A stretch of 64,000 nt of DNA, from contig CBDANS010000005.1 of the NCBI GenBank assembly GCA_965197745.1, forward strand, positions 256,001 through 320,000, written 5' to 3'. The DNA comes from Opitutales bacterium. Lineage in GTDB: Bacteria; Verrucomicrobiota; Verrucomicrobiia; Opitutales; PNEW01. This document shows, piece by piece, positions 30,407-41,758 of the stretch. The notes under the pieces are model-generated. The model was not told where the DNA came from. It was given only the letters and a program-made list of their open reading frames with translations, and made no database searches. A program made the translations under genes and the position numbers. Numbering within the stretch: position 1 is the stretch's first letter; every line of letters begins with the position of its first letter.

Positions 30407-32220
30407 CCCATGGCCTCGATACTGTTCAGGACTTTGCTTAAGTTTTTCCCCCACTTTGCAAGCGGCTCAGTTTCGTCTATGCCATCCGCAAATTTGATGG
30501 CGTCGGCAGCGTTGAAAAACTGGCGCAAGCTCATTCGCAATTCGTCGGAGGCATTGTGCTCGGATAAATATTGATCGATTTCCAGCAAAATGAGAGTCTC
30601 CGGACGGCTGGAAAAATGTCTTCCTACACTTTCCTGAAGCGCGCGTTGTGCCGCTTCAAAAAAAGCGGGCGCGTCATTATTGGCAACCGCTTTCCTTGCT
30701 TTGGATAACCATTTGCGAACGGACTTGCTTCCGCTTACATGACGGGCAAATACTTCATCGCTTTGCAAACGAATTTGTCTTCGACGAATGACCGCAATGA
30801 CACTAAGGATGATCACGGGCAGAAGCTGGCTGATGAGAAATGTCGGTTCTTTGTATACGGGGGATATCTTATTGACCCATTTACCAGGCAACAGCTGAAT
30901 AGGCAAGAGGGTAGCCGGTGTTTTAATCCCCTCTGATTCGTTTGTTTGCGCGGTTTGCTGTGCCATGACGGCAGTGGGAGAAACAGCGCTGGAAGTGGAA
31001 GCGGGCAGCACTTTTATAGGAAACGACTTGGTGCTTAAATCCACATATTCTCCGGAATCAGGATCAAAGTAATTAAAAGCGACAGCGGGGATAGCATCTA
31101 CCTCCTCTGATTGCGGAATTATGATGTATTCAAATGATTTTTCTCCTCGGTAGCCGATCTCGTCACTTGGAGTAAATTCGGATTTTGGGGGATAGCGTTT
31201 GAAATTATCAGCATCCGAAAATTCAGGTGCGGCAATACGATCAAAGTTTCCCTCACCCGTAGCAACCATCTTAAGGGTTATAGGTTCACCTGCTTCGACC
31301 TCAGATGTCGATACGTGAGTCTTGAGAGCAAAGGTCCCTATGGCCCCAGAGAAGTTTTTCGGTTTCCCCTTTTTCGGTAAATCGAGAATTGTCAATTTAA
31401 TATCTCCAGTAAATAAAGTTGTATCTTCATATTGTCCCCGATTAAAAAATGAGTCATCGAATAAACTGTCGAATGGGCTGCGGCGGGAGGGTTTACCTCG
31501 CATCACGACCGCCATATCAAGGTGATAGCTTAGTATTCCTTCACCTGCTTTAATTGCAGTGAGATTAAGCGGCCAATTAAATACACGATAGATTTGTCCG
31601 TTAACAACTTCCTGTGAGCCCAGGGGTTCTTCTCTCAAATCACTTTGCGTGAAGGCATCTCCTTTCTTTTCCGGATAGGCGCGTAATCGAGCTTGAATAT
31701 CCCGGCGGATATACACTTTTAAATTACTGGGGATGCTTTCTCCGACATAGTAGGTTTCTTTAGGCAGATCCAATCTAAGAAACATTGATTCCTCGAATTC
31801 CTTACCGCGTGGAACGACTTTCAGTTGTGATTCAGGAACCTGAAAATTGCGCCCTTTTATATTCACTAGCCATGGATCAATCGTAAATGTCCCTTCGTGT
31901 TCAGCTTGCACGCTAAATGCATAGGTAATAAGTACCGTCTGTCTTCCTTGAACAATGTTTATCCCACGAGACACTGAAGGTGTATTGTCTATCTTAAGAC
32001 CATCTACACTGTGTAGTTTACCTCTTATCGATTCCTGGGTAACATCCTGCGTGCCGATGACGATGATTTCATAATTTGTCGTTTGCCCCAAATGGATAAC
32101 CGGTGGATCGAATCGGCTGCGGACGACAACGTTTTGCGCTTGTAATGGAGCGCTCCATAAGCACGAGGCTGAGGCAATTATTAAAAAACAAATTTTTGAT
32201 AATATTGGAGAGTAATTCAT
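30403..32220 (-). CDS. batD: BatD family protein
   Basis: Signal peptide, Ig-like BatD repeats (FSGAIGTF, GEPITL, FNYFDP) and a C-terminal TM helix. Confidence 0.85.
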   Translation of the reverse strand: MNYSPILSKICFLIIASASCLWSAPLQAQNVVVRSRFDPPVIHLGQTTNYEIIVIGTQDVTQESIRGKLHSVDGLKIDNTPSVSRGINIVQGRQTVLITYAFSVQAEHEGTFTIDPWLVNIKGRNFQVPESQLKVVPRGKEFEESMFLRLDLPKETYYVGESIPSNLKVYIRRDIQARLRAYPEKKGDAFTQSDLREEPLGSQEVVNGQIYRVFNWPLNLTAIKAGEGILSYHLDMAVVMRGKPSRRSPFDSLFDDSFFNRGQYEDTTLFTGDIKLTILDLPKKGKPKNFSGAIGTFALKTHVSTSEVEAGEPITLKMVATGEGNFDRIAAPEFSDADNFKRYPPKSEFTPSDEIGYRGEKSFEYIIIPQSEEVDAIPAVAFNYFDPDSGEYVDLSTKSFPIKVLPASTSSAVSPTAVMAQQTAQTNESEGIKTPATLLPIQLLPGKWVNKISPVYKEPTFLISQLLPVIILSVIAVIRRRQIRLQSDEVFARHVSGSKSVRKWLSKARKAVANNDAPAFFEAAQRALQESVGRHFSSRPETLILLEIDQYLSEHNASDELRMSLRQFFNAADAIKFADGIDETEPLAKWGKNLSKVLNSIEAMG

Positions 32221-34088
32221 TACCAGTCCATGATGATCTCATTTTCTTGAGGCATAGGTTCCTCCGGATTTTCAAGAAAGGCTGCGGGCAACTTTTTTTC
32301 TCCATCTTTTAAAGCATCAAGTAATTGTCGCGCTTCTTCTCGAGTCATGCTGCCAGGGATTCGTTCAGGTTGAGAGGGTTCCTCCTGTTCTTCGCTATCG
32401 GGACTATCTTGAGAGTTTTGCTCCTGATTATCCTCTTCTGGTTTTTGCTCCTGTGACTCTGTTTCGTTCTCTTGATTTTGATCCTGTTTATTGTCTTTCT
32501 GATCATCCTCTTGCTGAGGTGATGAATTTTGTTGGTCTTGATTTTGATTTTCTTCCTCTTGATCTTCGTTTTGCTGCTCCTGATTATCCTCTTGTTCTTG
32601 CTGCTGTTTTTTTAATTCTACGAGGCGCTTTTTCAAAAACGCGTGATTGAATTTCGCGTCTTCATCCTCGGAATTGAGATTGATAGCATTTTCGTAATCT
32701 TTCAGGCCCTGTTCCCAGAGGGTTATCGTTTCTTGAGGATTATTCTCCAGTTGACTTTCTCCCATGCGATAATGGGTATTCCCAAGATTATAAAAAGCAC
32801 TTTCCTGTAACGATAAATTTTCGCTGGCCAGTGCTTTATCAAGAGCCTCTTGGGCTTGATCGTAATCGGCAGAACGATAGAGACTGGCGCCTAAATTATA
32901 ATAAAGCCTTGAATCTTCAGGGTTCTTGTCGATTGATTCCCGGTATTCATTTCCAGCTTTTTCAAATTCACCTTTTTCATACAGATCTCCCGCTTTTTGT
33001 GGTGAACCGCTAAGGGGTAATGATTGTGCCAACAAGAGGGTGAATAGGAGCATTGCCATTCCGATAAACGAAATCGACCGGGATCCCCTTTTGTGCCGCC
33101 TCGTTCCCAGTAAACTATCAATAAAGAAGGCAAGCAATGCCAAGCCTAATGGCCATTGGAAACGCTCTTGCGGGATTTTGTTCAATCGCGCTTCACGTTC
33201 CTGTTTGGGGATACTTTGGAGACCTTTTTCATAGACTAACTCAAGACCTTGACCGGTACTTCCCAGAGGGACGTAGAACGCATCTGTCGCATTTGCAATA
33301 TCCATCATCGTTGCCGTGTCTAATTTAGATTTTACAACGTTACCTTCATGATCGCGAAGGAAATCGACCTCCCCATTTGCCTGTTTTACCGGGATCAGTT
33401 CGCCTTCAGCACTCCCCACTCCCACCGTAAATATCTTAACACCCTCCGCGCTTGCTTTACGGGCAAGTTCAATACCACTACTATGAAGATCCTCGCCGTC
33501 GGTGATCATTACCAGTATCTTATAATTGTCATCATGGGCGAATGAGGCTGAGGCCTCCCTGATCGCAGATGCTATATTTGTTCCGCCCACAGGTATTGTC
33601 CCCGTATCAATAATTTCAAGTGTTTGGTTAAATGCATCGTAATCAAGGGTCAATGGGCATTGGAGGAATGCCTGGCCGGAGAATGCGATAAGTCCTACGC
33701 GGTCACCCTCCAGTTTTTTTACGAGATCAAAAACGGCAAACTTCGCACGCTCGAGTCGATTCGGTTTAATATCTTCGGCCAGCATACTTTTTGATGTATC
33801 GAGGGCGATGAGGATATCGATTCCCCGCCCCTTTGTTTCTTGCCAGTGATGCCCCCATTGGGGCCTCGACAGAGCAATCATGATAAAGAGGATTCCGGCA
33901 ATGGTTAAGGTGACTTTTACCTTACGTTTGTTACTGCTATAGGAATCTGCCAGGCTGGCTAGTAAATTTGAAGCGGCAAAATGAGATAGCATATTAAGCT
34001 TCTTCATTTCTGAGCGATAAAAGAAAATTACCAGCACGGGCAGTGCCAGAAGGAAAACGATAATCCAGGGATGGGAAGCGAAAGTCAT
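32220..34088 (-). CDS. batB: BatB-BatC fusion (VWA + TPR + Q/E-rich tail)
   Basis: ALSRPQWG, MIDAS DTSKS, TDGED, then TPRs (YNLGN), an acidic/Gln linker and BatC-type end MTREEARQLL...DW. Confidence 0.85.
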   Translation of the reverse strand: MTFASHPWIIVFLLALPVLVIFFYRSEMKKLNMLSHFAASNLLASLADSYSSNKRKVKVTLTIAGILFIMIALSRPQWGHHWQETKGRGIDILIALDTSKSMLAEDIKPNRLERAKFAVFDLVKKLEGDRVGLIAFSGQAFLQCPLTLDYDAFNQTLEIIDTGTIPVGGTNIASAIREASASFAHDDNYKILVMITDGEDLHSSGIELARKASAEGVKIFTVGVGSAEGELIPVKQANGEVDFLRDHEGNVVKSKLDTATMMDIANATDAFYVPLGSTGQGLELVYEKGLQSIPKQEREARLNKIPQERFQWPLGLALLAFFIDSLLGTRRHKRGSRSISFIGMAMLLFTLLLAQSLPLSGSPQKAGDLYEKGEFEKAGNEYRESIDKNPEDSRLYYNLGASLYRSADYDQAQEALDKALASENLSLQESAFYNLGNTHYRMGESQLENNPQETITLWEQGLKDYENAINLNSEDEDAKFNHAFLKKRLVELKKQQQEQEDNQEQQNEDQEEENQNQDQQNSSPQQEDDQKDNKQDQNQENETESQEQKPEEDNQEQNSQDSPDSEEQEEPSQPERIPGSMTREEARQLLDALKDGEKKLPAAFLENPEEPMPQENEIIMDW

Positions 34089-35110
34089 GGTAATCTTCGG
34101 TAACGGGTATTGCTGAGTAATTGCTCAAGGCCGATGAGCAAGAGAGAGACCAGGGCCGGCCATATGAATATGTCATGGAAAGTCGCCCGGTATTTTAGTT
34201 TTATTTCCGTCTTTTCCAGTTTATCAATTTCATCATAAATGGATGCGAGCGACTTTGTGTCTGTCGCTCGAAAGAATTCTGCCTTGGTTTTAGCGGCGAC
34301 TTTACGCAAAGTATCGATATCAACGTCAGACTTGGACTGGACCAGCCTCAATTTACCTTTTCGATCGCGCATAGGCTTACCGTATCGGTTAAATTGCGGC
34401 ATGGGAACAAGCCCTTCACGACCGGCTCCAATAGTGTAGACTTTAATATTAAAGGCCGCGGCGGCCTCGGCCGCGGCGATGGGAGCTACTTTACCTCGGT
34501 TATTTGCTCCATCAGTTAATAAAATGACAATTCGGCTTTTTGCGGATTGAGCACGCAGTCGGTTTACACTGATACCAATAGCGCTGCCGATGGCTGTGCC
34601 ATCTTCAATCAAGCCAATCTCCAGGCGCTCAAGATTTTGCAATAACCAGCCATGATTGAGGGTGAGCGGGCTTACGAGGTAGGGTTCGCCGGCAAAGGCG
34701 ATAATCCCGATACGATCATTCGGGCGTTTTTTAATGAAATTTTCCATTACATTCTTTGCCACCGTCAAGCGATCTCTGGGCTTATCCTTAATTTTAAAAT
34801 CATGGGCCCACATTGAAGATGAAAGATCGACAGCCAAAACGATATCGATACCGCTCGCTTCTATATCTGAAGATCCGCTTCCCAACTGTGGTCTTGCCAT
34901 GGCCAGAATTAGAGCGGTTAAAGCGAGCAGGCGTAAGGATGCAATAAATCTTCCCGGCCGGCTTCTCACTAACATCGAGATCTGACGTGCCAGTGCGATT
35001 GTGGAAAATCTTACTGCAGCAGAACTTCCTCTGCCTCCCCGGAGAAACGATAAGAGGGGGATGAGAAGAAGAAGCCAAAGTAATTCAGGCGATTCAAACC
35101 GAAAAATCAT
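34085..35110 (-). CDS. batA: BatA VWA-domain protein
   Basis: AMARPQ, MIDAS DLSSS, DGTAIG, LLTDGANN and a C-terminal TM helix followed by RRLP. Confidence 0.9.
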   Translation of the reverse strand: MIFRFESPELLWLLLLIPLLSFLRGGRGSSAAVRFSTIALARQISMLVRSRPGRFIASLRLLALTALILAMARPQLGSGSSDIEASGIDIVLAVDLSSSMWAHDFKIKDKPRDRLTVAKNVMENFIKKRPNDRIGIIAFAGEPYLVSPLTLNHGWLLQNLERLEIGLIEDGTAIGSAIGISVNRLRAQSAKSRIVILLTDGANNRGKVAPIAAAEAAAAFNIKVYTIGAGREGLVPMPQFNRYGKPMRDRKGKLRLVQSKSDVDIDTLRKVAAKTKAEFFRATDTKSLASIYDEIDKLEKTEIKLKYRATFHDIFIWPALVSLLLIGLEQLLSNTRYRRLP

Positions 35111-35856
35111 GATGGCGAATTGGCAATTGAAGGGGAATCAGAATTTATATTGTGGGCCTCTTGTCCCAACATAGCTGCCCGCATATGGGTTTTTACGTAG
35201 CTTTCCTCGATAAAATTTTCTGCCTTCTCGTAGAGTCCTTTCATTTGTCCTAATCCAAGAGGTTGGCGGGCGAATTTTACCAGATCACAGTCTTGAAGAA
35301 ATCCGGTTAAGTGATCGGCGAGTGAATCCTTTATGAGAATGTGTCCCGAAATTTCGGTGAGAAATTCTTCCGTTGTGCGTTCAGGTGCAGGCATCGCAAA
35401 CTGCCCCTCCAGATAGTGGCGAAGGACATCAGAAACCGCTATGGAAAAAGCTTTGTCCTGGCCGTTCTCCATTAAAGGACGTGTGTTTTTTAAATCTTTT
35501 AATGCCCTATCGTAGGGAGTGAGTCTTGTTTCTTTGGCTTTTTTTGCATCTCTTCTTTTAAACCATTGGTAGAAGAGGTAACATAATGCGAGGATCCCAA
35601 CTATTATTCCAGCAGCGATTGCGTAGGGTAACCAGGGGTAGGGTATTCTTACGGGGTCGCGAATGTCGCGAATATCTTCAGCTTCTTCAAGGGCAGTCTC
35701 TTCCTGAGCGCTATTGCTTGCTGTCTGGGTTGGAGGTATCGATGAATTGTCGACTTGGGCGAGCAGTATAAATGGACAAAAAATCAAGCATAGCCACACC
35801 TTGAAATTAGTGAATGATGGAAGGCTTAGTATACGTCTATGGGATGTAAATTTCAT
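35107..35856 (-). CDS. DUF4381-like membrane protein of MoxR/Bat operons
   Basis: DIRDIRDP followed by a TM helix; ERTTEEFL and DLVKFA motifs. Confidence 0.75.
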   Translation of the reverse strand: MKFTSHRRILSLPSFTNFKVWLCLIFCPFILLAQVDNSSIPPTQTASNSAQEETALEEAEDIRDIRDPVRIPYPWLPYAIAAGIIVGILALCYLFYQWFKRRDAKKAKETRLTPYDRALKDLKNTRPLMENGQDKAFSIAVSDVLRHYLEGQFAMPAPERTTEEFLTEISGHILIKDSLADHLTGFLQDCDLVKFARQPLGLGQMKGLYEKAENFIEESYVKTHMRAAMLGQEAHNINSDSPSIANSPS

Positions 35857-36785
35857 CGGCGCCTTTCACGTTTTTGGAAAAAATTGCGCAGGCTAAAAAT
35901 ATAGGGCCTGGCCGTGGAAACGGAAAAATGATCTATCCCACATTGTCTCAAGCCACGTTGCAGAGCTTCGTAACGGCGATGATTTTGAAAATGGTAGAGA
36001 TCTCGGATTTTAGGATTAAGGGTATCGATTTCTACCTGTTCACCGGTTTCAGCATCTTCTAATGTAACTATACCAACCCTTGGCAGTTCAAATTCTCGAG
36101 GGTCAGACAAATCGATGCATATTAAATCGTGTCTTTTATTAGCAAGAGACATGGTTTTAAAAAGGTTATCACGCTTTCCGGTATGGGGGCGTATCCATTC
36201 CAGGGATTCTTCAGTCAGAAAATCGGAGAGAAGAAAGGTCACAGCATGGCGTCTTACTACCCGGTTCAGGTAATCTAATGCCTCGGTTATGTCAGTGCCT
36301 CGATGTTTGGGTTCAAAAAACAGAATTTCTCGAATCACTCGTAAAATATGCTGCCTGCCTTTTGCCGGGTGTATAAATTTTTCTACCTGATCAGTAAATA
36401 GAAGCAGACCTACCTTGTCATTATTACGTGTCGCGGAAAAAGCGAGGACACTCGCCAGCTCTGCTGCGAGTTCCCTTTTGCTGACCTCGACTGAGCCAAA
36501 ATCACCCGATGCGCTGAGATCGACAAGGAGCATAATGGTTAATTCACGTTCTTCACGGTAGAGCTTTACGAAGGGACGGTTCATCTTTGCGGTCACATTC
36601 CAATCGATGCTGCGCACATCATCACCGGCAGTGTATTCTCGTACTTCCTGAAAGTCCATTCCCTGGCCTTTGAATACACTGTGATAGGCGCCAACAAGTG
36701 ATTCTGTAACAAATCGGCGACTGTGTATTTCGACTTGTCGGACCTTCCGCAGGATCTGGCGCGTACGTTCAGCTTTTTCGTCCAT
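35853..36785 (-). CDS. DUF58 family protein
   Basis: GAYHSVFKGQGMDFQEVREY..GDDVRSIDWNVTA and EERELT motifs. Confidence 0.92.
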   Translation of the reverse strand: MDEKAERTRQILRKVRQVEIHSRRFVTESLVGAYHSVFKGQGMDFQEVREYTAGDDVRSIDWNVTAKMNRPFVKLYREERELTIMLLVDLSASGDFGSVEVSKRELAAELASVLAFSATRNNDKVGLLLFTDQVEKFIHPAKGRQHILRVIREILFFEPKHRGTDITEALDYLNRVVRRHAVTFLLSDFLTEESLEWIRPHTGKRDNLFKTMSLANKRHDLICIDLSDPREFELPRVGIVTLEDAETGEQVEIDTLNPKIRDLYHFQNHRRYEALQRGLRQCGIDHFSVSTARPYIFSLRNFFQKRERRR

Positions 36786-36830
36786 AAAGCTCAAGCGATT
36801 ATTTGCACCTGTTAAGTTTACCTGTCCCGA

Positions 36831-37823
36831 TCAAGGAACAGGTATGGTGTCAAAAATTTTAGTGACCATGTCTTCGCTTTTAACCTCTTCCGCTTCTGCT
36901 TCATAGCTGACGATGATACGATGGCGCAGCACATCCATTCCAATCGTCTTTACATCCTGAGGTGTGACGTAGCCCCGACCTTGGAGAAAAGCCCAGCCTT
37001 TGGCTGCGAGCGTAAGATTGATGGTCGCTCGGGGTGAAGCCCCATATTGAATAAAGTCACGGATTTCTTCCAGCTTATAGTTTTCAGGCTGGCGTGTAGC
37101 GAGGACGATTTCCACGATGTAGTCTTTTACTTTTTCATCGATATAAATATCATTCACGACTTTACGGGACTCCAGAATTTTATGGGGATCGATAACCGCA
37201 TTGACATTGAGGTCGGGTGTCGTTGTCGCCATGGTGTCGAGTATTTTTCGTTCTTCATCACGGGTGGGATATTCAATTTTAAGCTTTAGCATGAAGCGAT
37301 CAACCTGTGCTTCGGGAAGATGGTAGGTGCCCTCCTGTTCGATGGGATTCTCGGTAGCGAGAACAAGAAATGGCTCGGGAAGAGGATAAGTATTCTCACC
37401 GAGCGTGACATTGTGTTCCTGCATCGCTTCAAGCAATGCACTCTGCACTTTCGCGGGAGCGCGATTTATTTCATCAGCGAGGATGAGGTTGGCAAAGATG
37501 GGACCTTTCTTTGTCGTAAATTCGCCCACGCCGGGATTGTATATCAGCGTGCCAATAATGTCTGCAGGCAATAAATCCGGGGTGAATTGAATACGCTGAA
37601 AGTGGGCTTGAATTGCTGAGGACAGGATGCGGATCGAAAGGGTCTTGGCCAAGCCCGGGACCCCTTCGAGAAGGACGTGACCATTGGCGATAAGTGAGAT
37701 GATAAGTCGATCAATCAAATATTGCTGTCCTATGATGATACGACTGATTTCCTGTTGCAGGAGTTTTACCCAGGTTGAGGACTCTTGCACGCGATCATTT
37801 ATTTCGGTCAAATTTACGGCCAT
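36831..37823 (-). CDS. moxR: MoxR family AAA+ ATPase
   Basis: HVLLEGVPGLAKT, RIQFTPDLLPAD, DEINRAPAKVQSALLEAM and GASPRA motifs. Confidence 0.95.
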   Translation of the reverse strand: MAVNLTEINDRVQESSTWVKLLQQEISRIIIGQQYLIDRLIISLIANGHVLLEGVPGLAKTLSIRILSSAIQAHFQRIQFTPDLLPADIIGTLIYNPGVGEFTTKKGPIFANLILADEINRAPAKVQSALLEAMQEHNVTLGENTYPLPEPFLVLATENPIEQEGTYHLPEAQVDRFMLKLKIEYPTRDEERKILDTMATTTPDLNVNAVIDPHKILESRKVVNDIYIDEKVKDYIVEIVLATRQPENYKLEEIRDFIQYGASPRATINLTLAAKGWAFLQGRGYVTPQDVKTIGMDVLRHRIIVSYEAEAEEVKSEDMVTKIFDTIPVP

Positions 37824-38029
37824 TGATGCTGGTGGTGTTCGTGTTTATGGAATCTGGTTATTAAAGCGTAATTTTAAAAAGAGACAGATTGTTCAAATCA
37901 AGGTTTCATTTTAATTATAAAATACAAAACTGTGCGTGAATAGGTCATATAATTCTGTCAATATAGCGAATATAAATTTTATTATTTAATCCCGTACTTT
38001 AAATGTAATTTCAGCGTTCGAGAGGGGAC

Positions 38030-38058
38030 TTGACAAGGGAAATGACCGTAATTAGATT
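38030..38058 (+). promoter_or_regulatory. Putative sigma70 promoter of the nusA operon
   Basis: TTGACA (38030-38035), 17 bp, TAGATT (38053-38058). Confidence 0.7.
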
Positions 38059-38087
38059 GATGCGTTTCAATGCCTTTTAACATGACG

Positions 38088-38114
38088 AAGGTGGGTTTCG
38101 ACCCGCTTTTTTTT
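38088..38114 (+). terminator. Leader terminator/attenuator before nusA (rimP-leader-like)
   Basis: AAGGTGGGT-TTCG-ACCCGCTTT hairpin with a T8 tail, between the promoter and the nusA ATG. Confidence 0.7.
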
Positions 38115-38135
38115 ATCACTATTATTTTATGCCCG

Positions 38136-39386
38136 ATGAGTAATGAAATCCTTTCAGTTCTTGAATACATGGAGAAAGAAAAAGGGATTGGACGCGAGGA
38201 TATGATCAGCGCGATCGTCAACGCTATACGCGGGGCTGCTACGAGGGGAGATAGCACAGGACAGGAATTAAAAATCGAGATCGATCCTAAGACAGGGGAA
38301 TTGCAAGCCTGGGCAAAGTTACTGGTGGTCGATTCATTCAGTGACTCCAAAACTGAGATTCCCGTTGAGAAAGCCCGTCAGTTTGACGAAAGTATTCAAG
38401 TTGGCGAATTTATAGAAAAGGAAATAGATCCTGCCTATCTTGGGCGCATTGCGGCACAGACCGCCCGTCAAACGATCATGCAAAGGCTAAGGCAATTTGA
38501 AAAGGAACGCATTTATGACGATTATAAAGATATGATCGGCGATATCGTTTCCGGTGTGGCGCGAAGGCGTGAGCGCGGTGACCTCATTGTTGATCTGGGT
38601 AAGGCCGAAGCTATTTTACCCCCCAAGGAGCGAGTCCCGGGAGAGGATTATGCCCCCGGCGAGCGGATCAGATGTTTGCTCCTTAATATTGATCATAGCA
38701 ATCGAGGCCCAGAGCTTATACTCAGTCGCGCCAGCGTGCGTTTTGTAAGGAGACTTTTTGAACTTGAAGTCACGGAAATCGCGGATGGAACGGTGGCCAT
38801 AGAAACGATATCTCGAGAGCCTGGTTATCGCACAAAAATTGCAGTGAACAGCAGCGATCCTAAAGTTGATCCGGTGGGTGCTTGTGTCGGAGCGCGAGGA
38901 GCGCGCGTAAAAAGTATTGTGCGAGAACTGGGGGGAGAAAAAATTGATATTATTCGTTATTACAGTGACCCCGTTCGCATGCTGGAAGAAGCTATTAAGC
39001 CGGCCATCCCGAAAAATATAAAAATCGACGAAGCTAATCGCCGTATTAATTTTGAAGTGTCGGAAGACGATCTTTCAGTGGCTATAGGTCGCAGAGGACA
39101 GAATGCCCGACTTACTTCCCGCCTGCTTGGGTGGAAGCTGGATATCGCCAAGGAACAAAAATTGGACGATGGTTTTGAGTCCCGCGTTGAAGCTGCAGTT
39201 GCCGGGTGGCATGATGTTTCCGGCATAAGTGATGAAACGGCTCAAGGTCTTGTCAATATGGGTATAGTCAGTCCCGAAGCATTTATCGGTGTAGAATTGA
39301 ATGACCTTATCGATACTGGATTCAGCAAAGAGGAAGCGGCCATGATTATCGAGAAAGTATCTGAATATCGCAAAAGCACGGGGTGA
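38136..39386 (+). CDS. nusA: Transcription termination/antitermination factor NusA
   Basis: [20 protein letters not shown]1 and KH domains ([28 protein letters not shown]). Confidence 0.97.
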   Translation: MSNEILSVLEYMEKEKGIGREDMISAIVNAIRGAATRGDSTGQELKIEIDPKTGELQAWAKLLVVDSFSDSKTEIPVEKARQFDESIQVGEFIEKEIDPAYLGRIAAQTARQTIMQRLRQFEKERIYDDYKDMIGDIVSGVARRRERGDLIVDLGKAEAILPPKERVPGEDYAPGERIRCLLLNIDHSNRGPELILSRASVRFVRRLFELEVTEIADGTVAIETISREPGYRTKIAVNSSDPKVDPVGACVGARGARVKSIVRELGGEKIDIIRYYSDPVRMLEEAIKPAIPKNIKIDEANRRINFEVSEDDLSVAIGRRGQNARLTSRLLGWKLDIAKEQKLDDGFESRVEAAVAGWHDVSGISDETAQGLVNMGIVSPEAFIGVELNDLIDTGFSKEEAAMIIEKVSEYRKSTG

Positions 39387-39402
39387 CGAATAATTAGAAT
39401 AA

Positions 39403-41679
39403 ATGAGCGTTCGTATCTATCAGTTGGCAAAACAGATTGGAATGGAGAATAAGGAGTTGATCGCACTCCTGAATAAGCGCGGCTATGATCTTAAAAGTGC
39501 TTCGAGCAGTATTGATAATATTTCAGCGGAAAGCCTTGTAAAAGAATACGAGAAAGATGCTGAAGAGGCAGTAGTTAACTCTCCTAAGAAAAAGAAGACA
39601 GCGGGGAAAAAGACTTCAGTGAAAGCCGCGAAAGTCGATAAACCCACCCTTCCAAAGGGTGCGATCGTCAAAAGTAAAGAAGACGTTGAGCGTGAGCGCG
39701 AGAAGAAGGATGATCGGAAAAAAACAAAAGAAACAGCAACTAAAGTCACGAGTAAGCCTTCATCTAAAATTCCTGAAAGTCCCATTGTTGATTCACCGGT
39801 AAATAATAAGCCTTCTCCATTGAATCCACCGCAACTCGCTCCTCCGGTGCCGGTCACTGTGAAGAAAGCAGAGACGGAAACAGGAGATAAGGAGATTGCT
39901 GATTTGCCCATATTGCAGGTCAAACCCCCTATTGTGGTGCGTGATTTTGCAGGTCAACTCGAGATGAAACCGTTTCGTCTCATTTCTGAACTTATGGAAA
40001 TGAATATTTTTGCCTCGATGAATCAACTTATTGAGGAGGATGTCGCGAGGAAAATTGCGGAAAAACATGGTTATCTACTGGAAGTGCGGCACCGAGGTGA
40101 GGCGGTGGATGTATCTAAAAAAGAAAAAGCGGTTATCGAGAAACCGGATGAGAGTGAATTTCTTGAATCTCGACCCTCTGTTGTCTGTATCCTCGGTCAT
40201 GTTGATCATGGCAAAACGACATTGCTTGATACCCTTAGGAAAAGTAATGTCGTGGCTGGTGAAGCCGGAGGAATTACACAGCATATAGGAGCTTACCAGA
40301 TTGAACACAAGGGGCATAAAATTACTTTTATCGACACACCAGGTCACGCGGCATTTTCCAATATGCGCATGCGTGGGGCCAATACTACAGATATAGCAAT
40401 TCTCGTCGTGGCCGCTGATGATGGATTCATGCCTCAATCAGATGAGGCCCTTGGTCATGCTAAAGCAGCAGGAGTCCCCATTGTCGTTGCCATAAACAAA
40501 ACCGATGTGAAGGGAGCCAACATTGATCGGGTAAAAACGCAAATGCAAGATCGTGGAATAGCTTCGGAAGACTGGGGTGGTGAAACTATTGCCGTCTCCA
40601 TTTCAGCGCTTAAAGGAGAGAATTTGGATGAATTACTGGATATGATCCTTCTTCAGGCTGAAATAATGGAATTAAAAGCTAATCCTAAGAGTATGGCTGA
40701 GGGCGTCTTACTGGAATCGCAGAAAGAGCAGGGCCGTGGACCTACCGCTTCGGTTCTCGTCCAAAAAGGAACGCTTAAAATCGGGGATGCAATTGTTTGT
40801 GGACCGCACTATTGTAAAGTGCGGGCTCTAACCGATGACTCAGGGAAGAATGTTAAAAATGGCGGCCCGGCGTCACCCCTTAAAGTTATTGGATGGTCTG
40901 GAGCGCCTGAAGCGGGTTCCCCATTCATTACCCTTAAAAATGAAAAAGACGCCAAGAGTGCCGCTGAAGAAAACGAAATAGCGCTGAAAAAGATGGGGCA
41001 GGTAATTGCTCCTCCGGAAGCTCCAGCATCAGTGGAATCCCTATTTGCGGCAATCGCGCAAACGCAAAAGAAAATATACAGGGTCGTCGTTAAAGCCGAC
41101 GTTTCTGGAACGGCCGAGGCCCTGGCTAATAGTTTAAAAGAAATTGAAAGCGATAAAGTTGATGTAGAAATCGTCCAGGTGGCCGTTGGAGCTATTAGTA
41201 AAAGCGATGTTCTCATGGCCAGTGCCGCGGAAGCTGCGATCGTTGGCTTTAATGTCACATTAGAAAGCGGGGTTTCAAGTTTTGCCAAGCACCACAATAT
41301 TAAATTCCACCTTCACGATGTTATTTATGAATTAATCGATGTCGTGAAGGAAGCGATGGCAGATACTCTTGAACCTGAAGAGCGTGAGAATAAAGTGGGT
41401 GCTGCTGAGGTAAGGCAAGTATTTCCGGTGGCAAAAGGATTTGTTGCTGGTTGTCTCGTCACCGAAGGGAGTATCACTCGTGATTGCCATGCCCGTCTTT
41501 ATCGGGATGGTAATATTGAGATTGAAAGTACTATTGATACGCTCAAGCGTTTTAAAGATGACGCGAACCAAGTGCGCGCCGGATTTGAATGCGGTATAGG
41601 GTTTAATAGTTTTACTGACTATAAAGAAGGTGACATAATTGAATGTTTCGAGATTGAGAAGATACAACCATCACTTTGA
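39403..41679 (+). CDS. infB: Translation initiation factor IF-2
   Basis: VRIYQLAK N-terminus, [27 protein letters not shown] and ECGI. Confidence 0.97.
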   Translation: MSVRIYQLAKQIGMENKELIALLNKRGYDLKSASSSIDNISAESLVKEYEKDAEEAVVNSPKKKKTAGKKTSVKAAKVDKPTLPKGAIVKSKEDVEREREKKDDRKKTKETATKVTSKPSSKIPESPIVDSPVNNKPSPLNPPQLAPPVPVTVKKAETETGDKEIADLPILQVKPPIVVRDFAGQLEMKPFRLISELMEMNIFASMNQLIEEDVARKIAEKHGYLLEVRHRGEAVDVSKKEKAVIEKPDESEFLESRPSVVCILGHVDHGKTTLLDTLRKSNVVAGEAGGITQHIGAYQIEHKGHKITFIDTPGHAAFSNMRMRGANTTDIAILVVAADDGFMPQSDEALGHAKAAGVPIVVAINKTDVKGANIDRVKTQMQDRGIASEDWGGETIAVSISALKGENLDELLDMILLQAEIMELKANPKSMAEGVLLESQKEQGRGPTASVLVQKGTLKIGDAIVCGPHYCKVRALTDDSGKNVKNGGPASPLKVIGWSGAPEAGSPFITLKNEKDAKSAAEENEIALKKMGQVIAPPEAPASVESLFAAIAQTQKKIYRVVVKADVSGTAEALANSLKEIESDKVDVEIVQVAVGAISKSDVLMASAAEAAIVGFNVTLESGVSSFAKHHNIKFHLHDVIYELIDVVKEAMADTLEPEERENKVGAAEVRQVFPVAKGFVAGCLVTEGSITRDCHARLYRDGNIEIESTIDTLKRFKDDANQVRAGFECGIGFNSFTDYKEGDIIECFEIEKIQPSL

Positions 41680-41758
41680 ACTTACTCCAGTTCATGAGTG
41701 TCACGCTATCCTCATAGCGAATTAGGAGTGATATATTTCATCGGGAAGGTAAGGGCTT

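Noticed and set aside
32380..32610. Low-complexity repeat-like DNA
   Set aside because: It encodes the Gln/Glu-rich linker typical of BatC and is not a tandem repeat or CRISPR array.
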